A stretch of 64,000 nt of DNA from Antechinus flavipes (lineage: Eukaryota), in the NCBI RefSeq assembly GCF_016432865.1, contig NC_067400.1, forward strand, positions 63,550,001-63,614,000, in the 5' to 3' direction. This document shows, in pieces, positions 1 through 11,300 of the stretch. Positions within the stretch are counted from its first letter, which is position 1, and each line of letters begins with the position of its first letter. The notes under the pieces are model-generated. The model was given only the letters and a program-made list of their open reading frames with translations, did not search any database and had not been told where the DNA came from. The translations under genes were made by a program, and so were the position numbers.

Positions 1-70
1 TGGAATTTAAAATTTTATAAAAAATGAATGTATCTTTACACATAATTGGAAAAAATAAAATACTATTTTT
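1..70 (+). mobile_element. Old marsupial L1 3' UTR tail (partial)
   Basis: TGGAATTTAAAATTTTATAAAAAATGAATG...TACACATAATTGGAAAAAATAAAA resembles the tail at 23020-23100; family recognised from memory. Confidence 0.45.
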
Positions 71-1834
71 TTAAAATGCTGTTTGATTATCAAATGATTG
101 GTTATCTGAACAAGTTCTGGAATAGCATTAGGACAAAATGGGCATCTTTAAGAAAAGGAATTCTATAGCTATAGATATACATATGTGTGTATATAATACA
201 TATACATGTATATGTATGTGTGTTTGTAGGGGAAGGGTGGGAGGGAGAGAATTTTTAAAAATTTGAAATGTTTAAATTTTTAAAAACATGATTGAGAACT
301 ATTAAATAAAATAAAAATATATTAAAGAATCACTGGTAGATGGTTTCTAAGGTTCTTTCCTACTCTAAAACCCTACGATTATTATGGGAAAAAAGGAAAT
401 GGACCAGCCTGTTGTAAATCTCATTAAGTTGGAACTGCCTACAAGTTAATAATGAAGAATTGTAATATAGAAGGCAGGACTTCCAAGACTGGTCAGGACA
501 GCTCAGCAGCTCTGAAAGAATCAAAAGATAAAACAGGAAAATATGGTGAGTGTCTCTCCAGTGCGAATCAATTTGACAATGACAACAAAAATGACCTACT
601 TTGTATGCAATAAACCAAAAGCCAGACTGAAAAGTCATGCTACTTTGAAGATATTAAGATTCAGACATCTCCTCTTCTGACTGCAAAATTTCAAGTACTA
701 CAAGGCAACATCAGGAAGAGGGAAAAAGAAAAAAGAAAAAAGTGTGATTTGTAGACACTAGAATGCTTCCTGAAGAGGCAGGATAGAGGAGTGGCCTTGA
801 AGCCAGTAAGGCCCCGGAGTCTTTGCCCAGACACACTGCTTTTTTCACAAGTTACCTAATGCTTCTGGGAGCTCTCTAAAACCAAGTTGCTGAAAGATGT
901 AAACTTGTACTGGTGGAAGGAATTTGCACTTCTGGGAGTTGCCTTTACCAATGAAATCTCAAGTCTAATCTCACTCCATTTGAAAACTCTGCAATGCAGA
1001 GCCAAGGGGGGCTCGATTGAATTCATGGCAGTAACAAACCAAATTAGGGGATCATATTTTCCAAAGTCACAAAAATGCCTGTGGAAATGACAGTGGATGG
1101 AAGCAGCAGTAATGTCACACCTCATTGACCATCTCACGGATCTCAGGAGAATGATGCACTGGGTTTAGAAGCAAGAAAGGCCCTGTCAGTCACCACTCGC
1201 TTCCCTGAGCCCGTTTGTGCCTGGTATATAGTAAATGCTTAATAAATGTTTATTGGCCATCTGATTGAGTTTCTTCATTGGTAAAATGCAAGACTAGATG
1301 ATTTATCACAGGTTTTTCAGCGCTAAATCTGTGGTTCTGTCCTTGCCTGCTGACCTCCTTGCAGCACGTTCTATTCTAGTCTCACATTGTTATGTCACAG
1401 CTTCCTGCATGTGTCCCATTTTAAATTTTAATTTTTCATGACCCTTTTAAAGCTTCTTGGTTTAGGGGCCATATTTGCTTATTCTTTATACCGCTCAAAG
1501 CTTTGCCCGATGCTGAGCACAGAGTAGGTGCTCAATAAATATTAGCTGAATAACAAAATGGAGCAGAATGTGAACAGAATAATCAGTCTCTTGGGAGAAG
1601 TGCGACAAGATTACAGTATGTGTGAAAAAGATCTGGAGATTTGGTAGACTCTGCGCTTGACATGGGTCCATAATGTTGACATTACAACTGGAAAAGTTAG
1701 ATTGGTTCTCAGCTGCATTTAGAGTTATATTGTCCAAAACAAGAAAAGCAGTAGTCGTGTTCAGCCCTGGCCATCCCAGGCTAGAGGCTCTGGACACCGT
1801 GCCCCTCAAATCGTATTAAGAAACTGGGATGTTC

Positions 1835-2014
1835 TATATATACTGCTTGCCATCTTGGGGGGGGGGGGGTGGAGGAAGGGAGGGGGAAAAACGAAACATA
1901 AGCGAGTGCAAGGGATAATGTTGTAAAAAATTACCCTGGCATGGATTCTGTCAATACAAAGTTATTATTAAATAAAATAAAATTTAAATTTAAAAAAAAA
2001 AAAAGAAAGAAAGA
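1835..2014 (+). mobile_element. 5'-truncated L1 (3' UTR plus poly-A) flanked by a 17-bp target-site duplication
   Basis: AAGAAACTGGGATGTTC at 1818-1834 and 2015-2031; TT|AAGA endonuclease-type site; G-rich 3' UTR, AATAAA and an A/(GAAA)n tail. Confidence 0.85.
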
Positions 2015-2069
2015 AAGAAACTGGGATGTTCAGCTTAGCCTTCCTTGGAATTCTGTTTAGACTTAAGAA

Positions 2070-2368
2070 AGTCAAACCCAAAGATCGCAACTTTTGGGAT
2101 AAGAATTCATTATTTGACAAAAACTGCTGGGAAAACTGGAAATTAGTATGGCAGAAATTAGGCATGGACCCACACTTAATGCCATATACCAAGATAAGAT
2201 CAAAATGGGTCCATGATTTAGGCATAAAGAACGAGATCATAAACAAACTAGAGGAACATAGGATAGTTTACCTTTCAGACTTGTGGAGGAGGAAGGAATT
2301 TGTGACCAAAGAACTACTAGAGATCATTATTGATCACAAAATAGAAAATTTTGATTACATCAAATTAG
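2070..2368 (+). mobile_element. Internal L1 ORF2 fragment (post-RT region)
   Basis: KPKDRNFWDKNSLFDKNCWENWKLVWQKLGMDPHLMPYTKIRSKWVHDLGIK...FDYIKL is typical L1 ORF2p sequence. No ORF start and no poly-A tail. Confidence 0.9.
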
Positions 2369-3140
2369 ATTTTAAAAAGTGATGCAGAATAAATTTTAAA
2401 GTGTGTCCATGTTTTTTTCCTGCGAGGTAATTTTTAAACATTTCTGGGAACACCCCTAATATAAGCAATATGTCTCAAAGAACAAATGCAGGAAGACCAT
2501 TTTCCAACCTTAAAGAAAGTGAAGACATTTGCAAGGAATCTGACCTCTAAAGGAACGAAAATAGCTCCTATTCAAGCAAGCCAATCATTATCTCAAATGT
2601 CTGCAAATCGGGAACAATTTTGTTTTCTTAGTGGGTCACAATGCTTGACCTTGTCCCATCAGATTATAGTTACTCCCTTCCTTCAAAGTCTATATATGAA
2701 AATCAGCATAGTGTAATAAAAACTAGCATTTACAAAGCATTTTAAGTACTTCCAAAAATACTGTGCATATTTATTTCATTTAATCCTCAGAGTGACTCTG
2801 GTAGGTATCCCCATTTTATGGATGAGGAACCTGAAAGACAGAGATTAAGTGTCTTGTCCAGAGTCGCATAAACTCTAACCCTACCTGCCTCATTGTGCAG
2901 TTGGAAAGTGTCCCGAGACAGGAGTCAGCATCTAACTCCTAATCCTGAAGTTCCTACATAGTGTTCTACTTGGAGCAAAAAGAGACTCTCCGAGCCTGTT
3001 AGTTGTTTTATCTGTGAGAAATGAGTGATCTAAGATTTCTTCCTCCTTTGAATCCTACAATCTGCAAGATCTCAAATGACCTATTTGTTTTTGTTTTTAA
3101 GATAACTTTGAGAAGTCAAGCAAAACTTTAACAATGTGAA

Positions 3141-3673
3141 ATACTTGCTCTGATTTCTTAATTACAAAAAGTCATTGTCCAACACGGTTCTCCATCACAT
3201 ATTGGCTGTGTGACTCCGATAAGTAGCTGAACCTCTCTGTACCCTCCTGGGAACTTTCTAAGACTATTCAAGATAGTGACCTGTATCACAGAGGGAGACA
3301 ACTTAATTATCTCAATAAAAGCTATGGGGCCAGTCCCTATCTCTATAAAATCACTGAGGCAAAAAGAGATGCTATCCAAGGATATTACTAAATATGTGCT
3401 AATAATAATAATACTTGCTCTGGTTTCTAAATTGCCAAAAAATCATTGTCCAATATGGTCCTCCGCCACCCATTGGCTGCGTGACTCTGATAAGTAGTTT
3501 AACATCTCTGTACCTTCCTGGGAACTCTTTAAGACTATTCAAGATAATGACCTGTATCATAGAGGAAGACAATTCATTTATCTCAATAAAACTATGGGAC
3601 TAGTCCCTATCCCTATAAAATCATTGAAACAAAAAGAGATGCTATATAAGCATATCACTAAATGTGTGCCAAT
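3141..3673. repeat. Diverged tandem duplication, ~270-bp unit x2
   Basis: Units begin ATACTTGCTCTG at 3141 and 3411 and stay colinear (AAGACTATTCAAGATA, TTATCTCAATAAAA, CAAAAAGAGATGCTAT). Confidence 0.9.
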
Positions 3674-3989
3674 ATTTTTGGAAGGTTTTCATTAAAACTT
3701 CACTGAGGTAAAAAAAAAAAAAAAAAAAAAAAAACCACGTGGGCATTCAAGGCCTGCCTTAGGCAGAACTGAAGTTTTCTCTCTCTCTCCTCCCCCTCAT
3801 AACACAATGCTCTCCTTGTGAGAGCCTCACACTCCGTGCCTTTGCTGCCTACTTTGGCCCAACTTCATCCCCTAAAACTAACCTCTGCAAAGGCCTCCTT
3901 CGGTGATACTGAGCTGATCCCAAATTTCTCCCTTGCTGCAGTATTCACTGAAGCCGGAGGACGACTTTTCCCTTCACAATCCCTTGCCA

Positions 3990-4270
3990 AATCCAGCAGC
4001 TCTGGCCTCCACATTTCTTGCCAAGCGTCCCTTCTTCTCTACTCATACCTCCTTGGTTAGGCCTTTCCTCAACTCTCAGCTGCTCCAGGGACTTCCTAAT
4101 AGGATCTCCCTGCTGCAAGTCCATCCTTTATTCTCCACACGGCTGCAATCATGATCTTCCTAAAGCACAGGACGGTCCCCGTCACTCTCTTTACTCATTA
4201 AACTCCAATGACTTCCTATTGCCTCTAGGACGAATCCTATACTTTTATTCTTGGTTTTTAAAGTTCTGGA
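3990..4270 (+). mobile_element. Ancient L2 LINE fragment
   Basis: Pyrimidine-rich sequence with L2-like phrases such as GATCTTCCTAAAGCACAGG...CACTC...CTCCAATGACTTCCTATTGCC; recognised from memory. Confidence 0.55.
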
Positions 4271-5230
4271 ACCAGAAAAATCCGTTTAAATGCTGCCTCA
4301 GACACTTAGTACTTGCTGAGGGACCGTCACCCTCTCAGTTTGCTCACCTGTAAAACAGGATGATAATAGCACCTACATTCCCAGGGCTGTTGTGAGACTC
4401 AAATGAAATATCTGTGAGCCATAACACGCTGTATAAAGAAGGGGTCTACATTAAATCATCTCTTGGATCACTAACCTGGAGGATCTTTGCTTCTGGGAGA
4501 TGATGGGGACAGGGATCCCCAGGATCCCTGGGGGAGGTTCAGGGTCTGAGAGTCAGCACAAGCCCCCATTCCGTCCCCCGCCCCAACCAAATAGCAACGG
4601 CTCATGTCAATGTGGCAATTTGCGGTTAGGAAGATTTTCTGGGTCCAAGACTTTGTCCGATTCCCAGTAGAACACGGATTCATGGGGAAGAAGAACCTCT
4701 GGTTCCAGGGCTAGGTTCATTCCTACACGCTCCGGCCTTTGTGACCAGCCCTGGGAGAGAAGCTGACCAGGTCTGAGGGAGCCGAGGCAGAGTCCCGAAC
4801 GCCCCGGGGCCCCTGGCCTTCCTAACCACGGGGAGTGACCAGGCCCCAAAGGCCTATTTGTAGGAGAAGGCCCAGTGAGGGGGCTGAAGACGCTGCCCCC
4901 TTGTGGCAGATCAAACAAGGAGATACAGCTGGTGGCAGGGAAGAGGGAAAAAGCCCCGGCTATTCTCTGGCCTTCTAATCTCCCGGGGTGGCCACAGAAA
5001 CAGGGAATCTGAGGAAACTTCCTCCTTCCTGGAAACGTCACATCCCCCAGGTGGAATCCACACGTGGCCCGCCCCGAGGGGGAAAGCCGGGATCCCCCGG
5101 GCTGCCCACCCCTCCCCCCATGTGGCAAACGGCCCGCACCATGACAGCTTGGCCAAGACTCCAACAGTCCATCCAACTGCCTGGCGGCCCTTCACCCAGC
5201 TGCAGCCAAGAAACAGGAGAGGAACAGAAC

Positions 5231-5236
5231 TTTATT
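5231..5236 (-). terminator. STK11IP: Putative STK11IP polyadenylation signal (AATAAA)
   Basis: TTTATT on plus, about 150 nt downstream of the TAG at 5388-5390. Confidence 0.7.
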
Positions 5237-5387
5237 GGCACCTGAGAAACAGTCAATGTCCCATTGTCAAAGGCCACGCTGGGCTGGCCCCCGGCCGCCA
5301 TCTCCGCGGACGGCTGCTCTGCTCCGGGGGCCGCAGCGTCTCGCCCCTCCCAGGAACAGACCGGCGGGCCGGGCCAGACCAGAGCGC

Positions 5388-8300
5388 CTAGCTCCCAATC
5401 GGCGCAGGGTCTGGGGCCTCCTGGGTCAGCACTCGAAGTCCAATGGAAAAAAGCTCCTCCCAGGGACCTCGGATCCAGTCCAACAGGGCGGTCAATTGCT
5501 CTGGACACATGACCCGGAGAGGCCAAAAGCTCTCAAGCCGCAAGACCTAGAGGACCGAGGAGCAGGGTGGGAGGCTGGGAGGGCGAAGGGCCGACGCTCC
5601 CCGGCATCTCTCCTCTGCCCCCACCCACAGCCGCCTCCCCTGGTCCCTGCCCAGGGCCCCCCGAACCCCCACATTCTCCCCAAGGCTCCATGGTCAGCCC
5701 CTGCGGGGCCTTTCTCCGCCCCCCGCTCCCCTCCCCTCCAGAGAGACGCACCTCATCGTACAAGGCCAGACGAAAGTCCCTGGGGGCCGCCTTGTAGACC
5801 TGTATGGAGCTGAGGCTGCTGAGCGGCTGCTGCTCGTAGATGCGGATGGAGGGGTCCGGCCTCAGGGAAAGCGCTTCTCCAGGCCCCTCCGCAGGGGACC
5901 AGGACTGGGACCCCATGGGATCCTCACCCAGCAGATACAAGGCGGACGGAGTGACCAACAGGGACACTGGGCGGGACGAGGAGCCTGAAGAGAAGGGGGG
6001 AGGGCCAAGGACCATGGGGCCCGGGACGGTTGGGAAGGGCGCCCTGCCCCCCCAAACCAGCACTGCCAGGCCACAGAGGCACAACAGCGTCAGCAGCCGC
6101 CGCTGATCCCTCCCAGCACCCAGGACCCCTCCGTCCCGCCTCTAGTCCCGAGAGCTCCGAGCACCAGCGAGGCGAAGGGAGCCACCCTTGGCTTCCTCTC
6201 AGGGTGGGGGTCCCACTCGGACCCCGAACAGGGCAGACTTCACGTAAGGGGAGAGCCAGCCCGCTGCAGCACACCGACTGACCCTCTCCCCGAACTCCCA
6301 ACCCTGCCCAGAGCAGGGGCCAACAGGCCCCTCGGTCACAATGTATCCACAGTGTGGAGTTACCCAGAGGGTCTTTCCCCTTACCCCCCGGGAAAGAGTA
6401 CCTTCAACCAGAAATGCCTGCAAGTAGAAGAACTGGGGGTCCTCGGGGCTGGAGTCGGGATCTAACAATGGCCTGGGAGGGAACAGGTGTCAGTGCCAGG
6501 CTGGGTAGAGGGTAGGGAGAATATGGGTAATGGAAGAAGGGGCCCAAGGGGCAAGAGGGGTGCGGCTGGCGAGGGCAGAATGGAGGGCAGTGGGCAGGAC
6601 GCTGTCCGGCCGGGGCTCTGCCACTTCAGGACTCACAGAGTGGCTCTCGGCCCCACACCCCATCTTGGTTTTCTTGGTTGGGAAAGTGGGGCGGGGGACT
6701 TGGCAGGACTCACCAGAGCCGGTGCTGAGGAGTCACTTCCTCTCTGGTGGCAGAAACGTGGCACCTCCGGCCAGGAGGCAGCAGCTGCAGGATGGCTGGA
6801 GAGGGCCGGGGGAGGTGGGGAGTGAGGAGCTCGAGCCCTGCCTCGCTGCCAGGAAAGCCTCCTCCATCCCTGCCAGCTTCGGCCCTCGCGTGCCCGGCTC
6901 TGAACTCCCAGGACAACCCGGAGGCCTCCAGGGCTCCAGCACCCACTGCACCCCCCAACCCCGCCTCCACTCACCAGTGAGCTCTTCCAGGAAGGCTTGG
7001 CAGCAGCGGGGCTCCCGGGCCAGCAGAGCACAGCCGCCCCCGGCCCCGGCCCACTCCAGCCGGAGGCTCTGCCCGGCCAGGCCGAGCTCCAGGCAGCTCA
7101 GGTCCTGCAGGGGGGCGGCAAGGCGCAGCTGCAGCCAGCCCGAGGGCTGGCCTCTGAGGACAGAGGGAAGGACTGGTGATCGGGCAGGGGAGCTGAGGAG
7201 CCCGGGCCCCTCCTCCCCAGTCCCCGCTCAGGCCCTCACTCACCGGATCTCCCCAGTCACCTCCAAGATGTAAAGCCTGAGATCGGACACGACGACAAGG
7301 GAAGGAAACTCCTCGGCCTGGCCGCGCAGCACTACGGGCACCTGGGGGGAGGAAAAGCCCAAGGAGCCTGTGGAGCACTCAGAAGGGGCAGGGATGGGCC
7401 TGGTGGGGGGCGCCGAGGAACACCTCAAGAGCAGAGGAAGAACTGGGGCCCCACCTTGAGGCAGCATTGGAACTCTTCCTGGACATCTTCAAATATCTCC
7501 ACATCCAGGAAAAGCCGGAGTCGGTGGTCCACAGAGCGGAGCCCAGAGCGGTCAGAAGCTAAAGGCCAGACCAGAGAGCCAGACAGCTACCAACTGCACA
7601 TGCCTTCCCCTCAATCCCCCATCTCCCCGTCCCCCCAAAACTGCCAAATGATTCTCTCAATAATGAATGACAATATCTTCCACTCAGACGGCGCTTAAAG
7701 GTTTGCCGATCACTCTCCTCACATCAAGCTTAGAAGGCAGCTATTATATAATTGTTCCCATTTTATGGATGGGGAAACTTGGAGCCCTCCTCTGGACACA
7801 GGCCTTCTGGCTCCAAAGCCAGCCCCTTTCCTCACTGAACGTCCCCTCCGTCCTCCCCATACTCACGAGGATGAAGGCCCCAGCTGTCGGCTTCATGGGG
7901 CAGCTGGGCCTGGAGGCAGGGACTGCTGGACTTGTTGCCATCACCCTCGTCTGGAGAGCCCAGAGGAGTGCTGGGCGGGGCAGAGGAAGCTGGGTGCAGC
8001 TCCCCCTCCCTCTGCTCCTCTCCGGGGGTTTCATCATGGTGAGGCAACAAGACAACGTGGTCACTGCCACACATGGGACACAGAAGGGGGAAGTCTGTGG
8101 AGAGAGGCAGACTTCAAGGTTGTGGGGTTCCCAGCAGTCCACACGCGTCAGCCACCAATGAGGCTCCCATGTCCGCTGTCCCACCCTATTCCTGGGGAGC
8201 CGCCCCCCCAACCCCTCTGCCCTCTGGCTCATTCTCCATGGAGCTTCACAGTCCCTACGCCCTCCCTCCAAGCTCTTATCTCTCCTGTCGAGGCCCCCCT

Positions 8301-11300
8301 CAGTGCCTTCTGCCGGGCCTGCTCCCGCCCCAAGCTGGCAGGATGGACAGGAGGGAAGAAGAGCCTCCAGGTCTACGCGGGGAGGAAGGGCCGGGGAGGG
8401 TCCCTACCGGTCTTGGACGTCCATCTGCCGTGAGCGCCCAGCTCCTCCTGCGGAGCCGTCACCTCGCTGATCTGATGGCAACGGAGGCACCGCAGCCAGC
8501 CTCCGGACGGGCCTCGGGCTGCCCCCACCTGAAGCTGTGAAGCAGCTGCAGCGGGGGCCAAGACAGCCAGCAGCTCCTGAAATGCCAATGCATCCCAGAG
8601 GAGGGTCATCCTCCTCCTCCTCGTCCCCCTTCCGCTTACCAACCCCATCTCCTGATCGCCGAACCTCCCGCAGCCCTGGGCCCAGTGCCATCACCTCCGC
8701 GGCAGCGTGGGCTTCGGGCTCCAGCACCAGGTATCGCCGCAGCTGCCAGTCAGAACGGATGTAGGAGAAGCGCAGGACAATGACGGGGCCACCCGCAGCG
8801 CAGTCAGGATCCTGGGGAGGCCGAGGAGAGAGAGCTCTGTGGCCCGGGACAAAGCTCCTCCTCCCAGCCCGGGCGGTGATGGTCCCCAGAGCCCTTCCCT
8901 CCATTCACCGGGAAATCCCACCGACTCCCCAGGCTGCCGCTCTCACCGCAGACTCCGCCTCTGCCTCCAACTCAGCTGCCCAAAGGCTCCGGAGGTCCAG
9001 GCGCTCCAAGGTCTGAGCCGCCTGCAGCTCCACCTCCAGTAAGTGCCCTGATGTGACCCTCAGAAACCTCTCCTGGCCGCGCACCCCCGCAGTCCCCTCC
9101 AGGGGACACACCAGCATGGGACGACAAAGCTCCACTGCCAAGAGACCCAATGCAAGGGCTCAGGCTGCACCTCCCTGCCCCGACCCCATTCGCGCACCCT
9201 CAGCCTCCCTCTGTTGTTGCTCCGAGAACAAGACCACTCACCCTCCACTTCTTGATCTTCAACTTCCTCTTCCTCTTCCCTTTCCCCTTTGATTTCTTCT
9301 GCAGCCACTTCCTCCATTACCTCCTCCTTCTCTTCTGCCACCTCCTCTTCCCCTTTGTCCTGCTCTGGCCCAATCGGGAGGGATTCGTCCAAACTACTGC
9401 CCCCTTGTCCCTGCTGCAGTGGGCTAGAAAGGCTCTGAGGCTTTGGGGGGTCCGTGGAGACTGTGCCCGAGTCAGAGGTCTTGGGGATGCCCACAGGGGG
9501 TGTCCCAGGAGTCTCTAGGTGGCTACGGTACTGTAGCCAATCACAACCAAATCTCTCCCGAAAACTGTTCATGAGCTCCAGCTCCCGGTGCTGTTGCACG
9601 AACCAGCCTAGAAGAGAAGGCACAGGGATGAGCAGCCAGATTCCAGCGTTCTCGTGCCCTTCGTGATTCCTCCATGCTTCCAGAAGCTCTGACTTCAGTG
9701 ACGGGGGGCCCTGCCTCCGCCAGTGCGGGGTGAAACTCCTCCGGGCCCTAGCAGACGCTCGCTGGGCCCGCCTGGGAACGCGGCTTTCTGACGCCCGCAC
9801 AGTCCCTCGCTAGGCCGTTCCCCAAAGCCTCCCAACTTGGCAGGACCTATCAGAGTTTCCCGCGCCCGTCAGCACGGACTTGAGAACCCTGGGCCAGCCA
9901 CACGCCACAGTGAGGAAGGCACCACGGGAAGTCTTCAGTGAAGGATGCGTTTCCCATGGAAAACTAGACAAGGGCTGGAGGGTGAGGAGGAGATTAATAA
10001 GGAAGGCAGAACTAACTAGTCAGCAGAGACCGAAGCCACAAAACTGAAAATCTGGAGGAAACTGGAAAAAGGAAAGGCTGGCTCTCACCAGCAGGCGAGG
10101 GATCTGGAGTTCGGGGCTCTGGGTCGGTATCACTCGGCTCCGAGATGCTCGCCCGCCTCACACGGACGCGGCTCTGAGGACGACAAAAGGAAGCTCCTTT
10201 CTAAGTAAAGTGGGACCCCAGGACACCAAACCCTTTGTCCCTAGGTACCAACACCTCCTCCAACCCAGAAACCTGCCAAGGGTGAGGAGAATACTTTTCA
10301 TTCCTGGCAGGGCAACAACGCCCTGAGCCCCCCAATCACAGGGCAGCGTCAGCTCACCTTAGCCTTACGAGGGAGAGGGCGACCCAAAACACCTCCTGAA
10401 GAGGGGCTGTCACTCAAGTCAGGGCCATAAGAGGTCTCTGAGGCACTTCCCCCTGTGGGGGCTAGAGAGAGGGCCAAGGAGCAAAGCCCAGAAGATGTGG
10501 GAGGCTGGAAGCACACAAAAAGAACCACTTTTACAAGGACAACAGAGGATCAAGTGCTTCTTGCCCAGTCGTGGTAAGGAACAGGAGTACAGCTGCTGGT
10601 TTGGCAGAGAGGTTCCCTTACTTCCCTGCCCACCCTGCCCCGGTCATTCTCCAGCACCCCCTGACCAGCCTACCCCAGACCTTCAGCCCCTGCTGGCTCC
10701 CAGCAAGACTGACCTGCAAGTCAGCAGGTGACAGGGGCTCCCCATCAAGAAGAAACTGAAAGAAAAAAGTGCTGATGAGTGCGTGCTGGAAGGGACAGGA
10801 GCACCCCATCCTGCCCCCGACCCTAGGAGGAGAGAGAGAGGGCAGGTCATGAGAAGCAGTGCAGGCAACTGACAACAGGCCCAAGAGAAAACAGGTCCCA
10901 CTCCTGTCCCCGAGGTCTCAGGGCTGGCCCTCCAACCCAGGGGAGGGGAGGGAGCAGGGGAAGTTGGGAGAAGCAAAGTAAGCAGGTGTGTGAGAACACT
11001 TAACACGACCACAAAAAACAATAACCCTGAAGACAACAACCCTGAAGATGTCAGCTCTCGGAGGGACCCATGAGCACCGTGACTCAGGAAGACCAAGTGT
11101 GACCTCGGCCTCCTGCCTTTGGTTTACCTGACTGTTACAACTTGTGATGGAAGAGGCCTCTCTTGGGGGAGGAAGGAAAGGAAAGTGATTAAATAAACAA
11201 AATCAGAGCATTATGACTCTGAGACTTTTAAAGCTTAAGAGCAGCGAGGATGCCTATTTCCTGGAGAAAGGAGAAACAATGCTACCTGAATTCAATGAAA

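Noticed and set aside
4400-5230. GC-rich region with 160-190-aa ORFs beyond the STK11IP poly-A signal
   Set aside because: Overlapping ORFs on both strands with no homology, as expected at this GC content.
8836-8926. Alternative boundaries for STK11IP exons 14/15 (SPRPP resembling human SPRPT; donors at 8926 and 8922)
   Set aside because: The strong GTGAGA donor after 8947 and the long polypyrimidine acceptor before 8811 are phase-compatible. The SPRP match lies within the pyrimidine tract and is probably coincidental.
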